This document shows positions 7,146 to 13,547 of a stretch of DNA of 13,547 nt, piece by piece. Where the stretch lies: assembly GCA_045805065.1 (NCBI GenBank), contig JBJMMA010000244.1, positions 1-13,547 on the forward strand. The letters are read 5' to 3'. Positions within the stretch are counted from its first letter, which is position 1; each line of letters starts with the position of its first letter. This DNA is from Bdellovibrionia bacterium. GTDB taxonomy: Bacteria; Bdellovibrionota; UBA1018. A program made the translations under genes and the position numbers. A model generated the notes under the pieces. It made no database searches. It was not told the origin of the DNA and saw nothing but the letters and a program-made list of their open reading frames with translations.

Positions 7146-8252
7146 TTAATTGTTCTTCAGGCGCGCCACACCCATCCGGGTTAGTCCCACAACGCAGATC
7201 TCACGACGGTTATGAGGAAGCTGGGTTGCGCGCACGCGAGCCATACCCATTTTGCGGATGCGCTCGAGCCAGTTTGGGATGTGTTGGGCAAAGCTCCACT
7301 CGTTGAGCTTCAACGTCATGACGACGCCCAAAAGCGAGTCCTGCATGCGGATCGCGAAACGCTCCAGAGGATAGATCGCGGTGTCGGGTCCTGTGTTCAT
7401 GTCGACCAGGAGCCATTGAACGCTCTCCGGAAGCTCTTCGCGCCTGATCACCGTCACGGAGCGAGCCTCGTGGTAAAAACGTGCGGGGCCTTTGAAATTC
7501 AATACCACCGGGTCCATGGCGCCTGGATCAATTCCAATGACATCCACACCGCGCTGAAGAAGCGCGTAACTTGCGCCACCGGGAGCGCTTCCGATTTCCA
7601 CTGCCCCATCGCCTGAACGAATCGGCGCGCCGGACCATCGCAAAGCTTCTTCAAGCTTCAAGTAGGCACGTGAAGGAGCTTCGGGCGGGAGAATGATTTT
7701 CCAGCGTCCCCCCGGCACCGGAGAATGCGTAGCTGTGTGGCGATGAAACCCTACCCACCATTCATTCTCCTCAACGCCGATCAGATCCAGAACCGGATCT
7801 CCAACTTGAGCTTCACTTTCAGTGTGGAATAAATCCTGAGCTTCCGGATGCTGGCGGACGGCCCGCTCCAGGGCGCCGGCTCTCAGGCCCGGCTGATAAT
7901 CCTGAGCTTCCTCGCCTGGCACATAGAGATCGCGCTCAAAAATATGGAGCCTGAGCTTTCGGGGCGGATTAGCGGCGGCTTGAAAGACTTCCCTGGCCTC
8001 TTTCACAATGGAATCCACCCGTGCCTGGTCGGTTGTATCCGTGATTTTACGGCCCATTGAAAGCCCGTAAGCCCGCGCAAAGACTGAGCGAAGCTCAAAC
8101 TCATCCGCAAGCGGCTTGGAAAGCGACTTAAACGTCACAAAACCCGGGCGTGAGAAGGCAAAACGAAGGTCGGGATAGTCGTGTGCGACTTCCTCTTTCA
8201 AGGCTTTTTCAGCCCCAACCTGGCAAACCGTAAAAAGAAATAAGGACTCCAT
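7146..8252 (-). CDS. RlmM-like (FtsJ family) 23S rRNA 2'-O-ribose methyltransferase
   Basis: PSRAYLKLEEAL, SAM-binding EIGSAPGGAS, V.GIDPG.M, WLLVDMN, TLKL and HNRREICV (K-D-K-E tetrad); N-terminal SVFAR as in RlmM. Confidence 0.85.
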   Translation of the reverse strand: MESLFLFTVCQVGAEKALKEEVAHDYPDLRFAFSRPGFVTFKSLSKPLADEFELRSVFARAYGLSMGRKITDTTDQARVDSIVKEAREVFQAAANPPRKLRLHIFERDLYVPGEEAQDYQPGLRAGALERAVRQHPEAQDLFHTESEAQVGDPVLDLIGVEENEWWVGFHRHTATHSPVPGGRWKIILPPEAPSRAYLKLEEALRWSGAPIRSGDGAVEIGSAPGGASYALLQRGVDVIGIDPGAMDPVVLNFKGPARFYHEARSVTVIRREELPESVQWLLVDMNTGPDTAIYPLERFAIRMQDSLLGVVMTLKLNEWSFAQHIPNWLERIRKMGMARVRATQLPHNRREICVVGLTRMGVARLKNN

Positions 8253-8299
8253 GAAGTGCCCATTCCATAACCTGACAGAATCGGTTATGAAACCGCATA

Positions 8300-9940
8300 A
8301 TGATCCATCTTACGAATATTACAAAACAGTACGGCCAACGTGTGCTCTATAAAGACGCAAGCTTTCAGATCCGCCCAGGCGATAAAATCGGCCTGGTGGG
8401 TCCAAACGGCGCAGGTAAGACCACGATCTTCCGCGTGATTATGAAGGAAGAAGGCGTCGACGGCGGTACTGTGAGTATCGAAGGTAAGACTGTCATCGGA
8501 TATTTCTCCCAGGACGTGGGTGAAATGAAGGGTCGCTCGGCGCTTGAGGAAGTCAAAGCCGGAGCGGGTAAGGTCTCTGATCTTGCCGCAAAGCTTGCCA
8601 AGATGGAAAAGCAGCTTGAAGACAGCGCCATCAATCCGATCTCGGATGATGCGATGGCCGAGCTTCTGGAAAAATACGGCGAAGCCCAGCTCGAGTTCGA
8701 GCAGCGCGGAGGCTATGACCTCGATTCGCGCGCCAAGGAAATCCTGACCGGTCTTGGAATCGGCCCAGGCGATTACGATCGCCCAGTGGAAAGCTTCAGC
8801 GGTGGTTGGAAAATGCGTATCGCGCTTTCCAAGATTCTGGCGCTCATGCCTGACGTTCTGCTGATGGACGAACCGACCAATCACTTGGACATGGAATCGA
8901 TCATCTGGCTTGAAGAGTGGCTCAAGAACTTCAAGGGCTCACTTGTCATGACAAGCCATGATCGCGAGTTCATGAACCGCATCGTGACCCGCATTATCGA
9001 AGTCGCCAACAAGTCGATCACGGTTTATAGCGGCAACTACGAATTTTACCTCCGTGAGCGCGAGATCCGCAAAGATCAGCTTCTTGCCGCTCACCAGAAG
9101 CAGCAGGACATGCTGGCAAAAGAAGAAGAATTCATCGCCCGCTTTGCGGCGCGCGCATCCCACGCAGCTCAAGTGCAGTCTCGCGTGAAGAAGCTCGACA
9201 AAATCGAGCGCATCGAGATTCCTGCCGAAGAAAGAGTCATGGCCTTTGACTTCCCTAACCCGCCACGCAGCGGAAACGAAGTCGTTCAGATGAAGAGCCT
9301 GGGCAAACAATATCCGCTTGAGAACGGCAAGACGAAATCCGTCTTTGGTGGCGTGAGCGGCGTTGTAAAGCGCCTCGATAAAGTGGCAGTCGTTGGAGTC
9401 AACGGCGCCGGTAAGTCGACGCTTCTTAAGATCATGGCAGGACAGACTGAGCCAACCGATGGCGGCTGCACGATCGGCGCATCCGTTCGCATGGGTTACT
9501 TCAGCCAGCATGCGCTTGAAGTCTTGAACCCTGATAAGACGATCTTTGACGAGATCCATGACCGCATTCCGGATGCGACGATTGGCTTTGTTCGCAATCT
9601 TTTGGGTGCGTTCCTCTTCTCAGGTGATGACGTCTATAAGAAGATCGGAGTTCTCTCTGGCGGTGAAAAGAGCCGCGTGGTTCTGGCCACGATTCTGGCA
9701 ACGCCTGTGAACTTCCTGATCCTCGACGAGCCGACCAACCACTTGGACATCAAATCGCGCGAGATCCTTCTCGAAGCGCTTAAGAATTTCGACGGAACCG
9801 TGGTTCTGGTCAGCCACGATCGTCACTTTTTGAAGGCTGTCGCTAACCGCGTATTCGAAGTCGACCACGGCGAGATGCGCGTTTACGAAGGCAACTTTCA
9901 GTACTACATGGACGAAAAGCAGAAGCAGATTCGGGCTTAA
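8300..9940 (+). CDS. ABC-F family ribosome-associated ATPase
   Basis: Two ABC domains (GPNGAGKT/FSGGW/LLMDEPTNHLD and GVNGAGKS/LSGGE/LILDEPTNHLD), an arm subdomain, a helical PtIM linker and no TM segments. Confidence 0.96.
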   Translation: MIHLTNITKQYGQRVLYKDASFQIRPGDKIGLVGPNGAGKTTIFRVIMKEEGVDGGTVSIEGKTVIGYFSQDVGEMKGRSALEEVKAGAGKVSDLAAKLAKMEKQLEDSAINPISDDAMAELLEKYGEAQLEFEQRGGYDLDSRAKEILTGLGIGPGDYDRPVESFSGGWKMRIALSKILALMPDVLLMDEPTNHLDMESIIWLEEWLKNFKGSLVMTSHDREFMNRIVTRIIEVANKSITVYSGNYEFYLREREIRKDQLLAAHQKQQDMLAKEEEFIARFAARASHAAQVQSRVKKLDKIERIEIPAEERVMAFDFPNPPRSGNEVVQMKSLGKQYPLENGKTKSVFGGVSGVVKRLDKVAVVGVNGAGKSTLLKIMAGQTEPTDGGCTIGASVRMGYFSQHALEVLNPDKTIFDEIHDRIPDATIGFVRNLLGAFLFSGDDVYKKIGVLSGGEKSRVVLATILATPVNFLILDEPTNHLDIKSREILLEALKNFDGTVVLVSHDRHFLKAVANRVFEVDHGEMRVYEGNFQYYMDEKQKQIRA

Positions 9941-10026
9941 ACTCTTAGACTACTCTCTAAAAGTTAGACACTGACTTGCCCTGAAATCAGCCACGACGAC
10001 TTCGGTTAACGACCCAAGTGTGCGAA

Positions 10027-10055
10027 TTCCATCAACTTATTTATTATTGATGGAA
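10027..10055. promoter_or_regulatory. Inverted repeat (possible operator or IHF-like site) just upstream of a sigma54 promoter
   Basis: TTCCATCAA-N11-TTGATGGAA with perfect 9-bp arms. Confidence 0.5.
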
Positions 10056-10064
10056 CCGTGACAC

Positions 10065-10080
10065 AGGCATGCTGATTGCT
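10065..10080 (+). promoter_or_regulatory. sigma54 -24/-12 promoter for the 10145..12292 gene
   Basis: AGGCAT-GCTGA-TTGCT; GG(10066-10067)-N10-GC(10078-10079). Confidence 0.65.
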
Positions 10081-10091
10081 CATTTCCCCCT

Positions 10092-10113
10092 GTGCAGGGA
10101 CTTCTCCCTGCAC
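10092..10113 (+). other. GC-rich 5'-leader hairpin at the predicted transcription start
   Basis: GTGCAGGGA-CTTC-TCCCTGCAC is a perfect 9-bp stem with no U tract. Confidence 0.6.
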
Positions 10114-10144
10114 GAATGCCCTTCGGGTGGATGTTGAGTCGTTT

Positions 10145-12292
10145 ATGAAGAAGTGGAATAATCAGCAAGTCTCCGCATCAGTGATTGCTCGATCGGTGAT
10201 CGCAATCATGATGTGTGCGGTTATTCCGTTCGAAGCGCTGGCTGAGGATAGCTGCGCACGCGACCCAAACCGTTCGAACATGGTGGTGCAGCTCACGCGT
10301 TCTGGTCAGCAAAAGCTGACTCGCGTGGCTTATGAAAAAATGCGCCGATCCATGGATGAGCTCCTCAAGCTGATTCCCCCCACCACGCCTGAGTTTGGCG
10401 CAAACCCTGATCTCTGCAAGCGCGAGAATGCCCGCAAGCTCAGCGACAAAAAGTACTTCGAATCCTGCTTCGGGCTTTTGCCTGAGGCCCTTTGGGATCC
10501 GAACATTCCGGACGCGTCCATGCTACGCCTTGAGCCCGTCGTCATGCGAATGGAAAACGTCAGTCTCAAGAATGTTGGTCTGAGCAGGGAGCCAAAGCTC
10601 AGCTGCAAAAACAATGTCTGCGAAATCGCCGCCAGCGTGGACCAGCTGGATCTGGACTTTGATATCTCATTGAGATCAGTCAACGAATCCTGCATCCAGG
10701 CGGGACTCGATGATGTGCACGTCAGCCTGAATCCGAAGGCTTTGAAGTCAAAGCCGACCCAGGTGAAACTCAAGTTTCGTCTGACCAACAATATCTCGGA
10801 CCCTGTGAAGGTCGACTGGAAAGAATCGCAGTTCAACGTTCCAGTGGGCGCCATCACCTACAAAGCCAAGAGCCTGACTAACGGCAAGAATCTCTGTGAG
10901 AAGAACCAGGGAATCCAGAAAGTCGCCGACGTCGTCGTAGGTGATCTGGTGGCGAAGAATCAGATCGTGATCAACATGATTCTCAATGAATTGAAGATAC
11001 AGGTCATTGAATCCCTGGTGGATGCCGAGATCGTTGAGCTTGCCCGCGCCAACGGCGTTGGGAAAGACATGTATGCCGACATGCCAGTTCCCGTATTAAA
11101 AGACCTGATGGATGCAGGCGCGCTCAAGGCCGGAACGCAGGAACAGCTGGACCAGGCAGATGCCTATCTGGATATCATCATGTCATCAGCGGGAAATACG
11201 GCGGTTCTTTCCAAGAGACTTGCCCCGAACATTCCAGTGGCTACCATCGCTGAGTTTCGAAAAAGCTTCAGACGCGGAAAAGCCAAGGAAGTTTCAGAAA
11301 AAGCCGAAGTCCTTCACGATAAGTGGCTTTCCGTTTATCGCACGCTCGCTCGCAAGTCGAACGAGACGAATGATCCTAAGTTAAAGACGGTTCTTGATGG
11401 TGAGCTCGACAAGATCAAGTGGACGCTCAAGAACCTCGACGAATTTCAGCGTGACATTCAGATTGAACAAGTCGCAAAGAATCCGGATGATCAAGTTGAC
11501 GTGAGCCAGAAGGTTGCGCTCATTCTGACTGCTCTTCAGGCCAATGACCTTCAATCGGAAATTCAGGCAAAAGTCAGCGCCTGCTATCGCTGCCAGAACC
11601 TTGGAGTCAATGCGACGGCCGGAGCGGATTGGGGATTTGAGTCAGGCGATCACGATCTTGCGCTCAAGACTGGCTATGGGACCATCAACCAGTTCCTGGC
11701 TCTCATGCAGCAGAACGACGGCCTGGATACCTGCGTGATTGAAAACGCGAAGCGCGACTGTAAAGACGCGCGTCCGGAAGATGGCATCATTGATGTTCAC
11801 TTCCCGAATGCACCGGAACTTGTGTGGAATCCTGAGAGCAACTCCTTTGCCTTCAAAGTGAAACAGATCCAGCTTAAAAATCACAAAGGCTCGCTTGGAA
11901 AGGTCGCAAGCAAGATTGAAGCAGATGTTCTTCTGCCGGGAAGGCTCGCTATCGACAAGGTCACCAATCAGCTTCACTTTGAACCGATTGCCGAAAGCAT
12001 TCGCGTGACAAACCCGTACTTCAAGGCCGCCGACTGGGATCCAACCAAGGTGATCTCAGGAATCGTGGCCTGGGCTGGTGAGAAAATGGCGAACAAGGCC
12101 TTTGCTCATAATATGATGAAGAAGGCTTTAACGGTGGATGTTGATCTGCCGGAGTCGAGCACCATCTCTCAAGTCAAAGCCAACCCTCAGGGCTTCAGCG
12201 TCTATATGAAGTTGCCGGACAATCCTTTGGATCTTCTCCCTCCTGAAAAGGGAGAACGCGCTCTGGCGACGTCCAAAACCAAGCTGAAATAA
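10145..12292 (+). CDS. Large Cys-rich secreted hypothetical protein, possibly BPI/LBP (TULIP)-like
   Basis: Long ORF. ATG 10145 gives MKKW plus a hydrophobic signal ending ALA-E. About 11 Cys in the mature part. The fold call is tentative. Confidence 0.75.
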   Translation: MKKWNNQQVSASVIARSVIAIMMCAVIPFEALAEDSCARDPNRSNMVVQLTRSGQQKLTRVAYEKMRRSMDELLKLIPPTTPEFGANPDLCKRENARKLSDKKYFESCFGLLPEALWDPNIPDASMLRLEPVVMRMENVSLKNVGLSREPKLSCKNNVCEIAASVDQLDLDFDISLRSVNESCIQAGLDDVHVSLNPKALKSKPTQVKLKFRLTNNISDPVKVDWKESQFNVPVGAITYKAKSLTNGKNLCEKNQGIQKVADVVVGDLVAKNQIVINMILNELKIQVIESLVDAEIVELARANGVGKDMYADMPVPVLKDLMDAGALKAGTQEQLDQADAYLDIIMSSAGNTAVLSKRLAPNIPVATIAEFRKSFRRGKAKEVSEKAEVLHDKWLSVYRTLARKSNETNDPKLKTVLDGELDKIKWTLKNLDEFQRDIQIEQVAKNPDDQVDVSQKVALILTALQANDLQSEIQAKVSACYRCQNLGVNATAGADWGFESGDHDLALKTGYGTINQFLALMQQNDGLDTCVIENAKRDCKDARPEDGIIDVHFPNAPELVWNPESNSFAFKVKQIQLKNHKGSLGKVASKIEADVLLPGRLAIDKVTNQLHFEPIAESIRVTNPYFKAADWDPTKVISGIVAWAGEKMANKAFAHNMMKKALTVDVDLPESSTISQVKANPQGFSVYMKLPDNPLDLLPPEKGERALATSKTKLK

Positions 12293-12316
12293 TTCCTTCA
12301 TCAAAAACTACTTAAG

Positions 12317-12368
12317 TTGAGGCTGCCTGTAAAAACCTGAAATATCAGGCGCTTATAGGCAGCCTTGA
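12317..12368. other. Long hairpin after the 10145..12292 gene (terminator-like or 3' stabiliser)
   Basis: GAGGCTGCCTGTAA/TTATAGGCAGCCTT outer stem and CCTGA-AATA-TCAGG inner stem; no clear U tract. Confidence 0.6.
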
Positions 12369-12393
12369 CATTTGACGCGCTAAGTCTTAATCT
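12365..12393 (+). promoter_or_regulatory. sigma70-type promoter for the vWA lipoprotein gene
   Basis: TTGACA(12365-12370)-17 bp-TAATCT(12388-12393), with an AGGTGG RBS downstream. Confidence 0.55.
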
Positions 12394-12434
12394 AAATTAA
12401 CAGTCCGTGTTTTTATTTAGATTAGGTGGTAGCT

Positions 12435-13547
12435 ATGAATGCCTTTAAAAAGAACACGCGCCCAGCTTACATCGCGCTAGGAGCCTTGAGCTCACTTCTT
12501 GTCTCGGGTTGCGAACTCACTCCTGAAGCCACGAAAACGATCCATGAATCCTTGATGGATCCTCCGACTTCATTGCCAAGCTCGACTCCTGTGAGTCAGC
12601 CTCTGCCTCCTCCTACGCCGATGCCTGCAGCCTGCTACCTCGACGAGTTCCAACAGCCTGCGGAACAAATTTCTCATTCCGTCGATATTCTTTTCGTCGC
12701 CGACACCTCGGGCTCGATGGCTCCTAAGCGTGCGAAAGTGGCTGATGCGCTTTATGCATTCGTGGGAGCACTTCCTGCCGGAACGGATTACCGCATCGGC
12801 GTGATCCTGGCTCACGGAAGCAATGATCCAAACTCGGGTAAACTTTATACGAGCTCAGGCTCAGTTCCGAAGGTGCTCAACTCATCCACGATGAGCCAGG
12901 TCACGATTCAAAATAATCTGAAACAGATCATGCTCGCTGCCCCTGATTATGGTGGAGAAGAAGGCGAAATGGGATCGTACGCCTTACTCCAGGCACTCAG
13001 TTCCGCAAAACTACAGGAAAGCCGCGCTCTAGGATTTTTCCGCCAAGACGCAGCTTTAGCTGTTGTGACCATTTCGGATGAGAACGACATCTGCGCCATC
13101 TATCCAAGCACACTGCCGCCAAGCTACACGCTTCCAGGCTCTCTTTGGAAATATCCAAAGAAGCCAGGCCTGACGAGTAGTGAGGTCAGTGTTCTCAATC
13201 GGGATTGCCCGAGCGGAATCTCCACTGATCAAGTCATCAATGCGATCAAGAACCTGCAAGGAAATCGCCCATACGTGATCAGCGCCGTAATTCATTCAGA
13301 CATCAACTACCATGACGCCGGCGGAATCGACAGCTATGGCTGGGGCTACGCTGACGTGGTCGAAAAAGCCCATGGCGTCTTAGTCGACATCGGTGACGCA
13401 AGTTTCACGACCGGATTGTCACAGATTGGTGCCCTCACGACAAAAAAACTCAATCTGTTATCTGACTTCACGCTCACTCATTCAAACGTGGATCCAACCT
13501 CGATTGACGTTGTGGTGGATCGCAATCCTGTGACGTTTGATTACAAC
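12435..13547 (+). CDS. vWA (MIDAS) domain lipoprotein, 3'-truncated by the window end
   Basis: Absent from the ORF track and translated by hand: MNAFKKNTRPAYIALGALSSLLVSGC (lipobox), a Pro-rich linker, VDILFVADTSGSM (DxSxS) and FFRQDAALAVVTISDENDIC. Open to the window edge. Confidence 0.9.
   Translation, partial: MNAFKKNTRPAYIALGALSSLLVSGCELTPEATKTIHESLMDPPTSLPSSTPVSQPLPPPTPMPAACYLDEFQQPAEQISHSVDILFVADTSGSMAPKRAKVADALYAFVGALPAGTDYRIGVILAHGSNDPNSGKLYTSSGSVPKVLNSSTMSQVTIQNNLKQIMLAAPDYGGEEGEMGSYALLQALSSAKLQESRALGFFRQDAALAVVTISDENDICAIYPSTLPPSYTLPGSLWKYPKKPGLTSSEVSVLNRDCPSGISTDQVINAIKNLQGNRPYVISAVIHSDINYHDAGGIDSYGWGYADVVEKAHGVLVDIGDASFTTGLSQIGALTTKKLNLLSDFTLTHSNVDPTSIDVVVDRNPVTFDYN

Noticed and set aside
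8285..9868. Minus-strand ORFs opposite the ABC-F gene
   Set aside because: Typical antisense shadows of a conserved, codon-biased gene.
10076..10144. Longer N-termini given in the ORF track (starts 10076, 5159, 3313, 2699)
   Set aside because: They overlap predicted promoters or lack an RBS. Downstream ATGs have better RBS or signal-peptide context.

Overview
Bacterial chromosomal window, probably from Bdellovibrionota/Oligoflexia (inferred from the gene families and promoter style). It has ten CDSs: a large secreted GxxxG-repeat/Ig-like protein, a small lipoprotein, a small membrane-anchored protein, an aldo/keto reductase, a degenerate hemerythrin-like protein, a DUF222-like/HNH nuclease, an RlmM-like methyltransferase (minus strand), an ABC-F ATPase, a Cys-rich secreted protein, and a vWA lipoprotein truncated by the window end. 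Four correctly spaced sigma54 promoters precede genes of unknown function. The most interesting stretch is an AT-rich segment of about 1.5 kb (5628-7117) whose only substantial ORF is the HNH protein. A perfect 16-bp palindrome (ACTCCGCCGGCGGAGT) occurs both upstream of and inside that gene. The segment ends share three colinear blocks of inverted homology, and predicted structured elements lie upstream and immediately downstream of the ORF. This is a candidate transposase-free, nuclease-associated element; that reading is inference and is untested.
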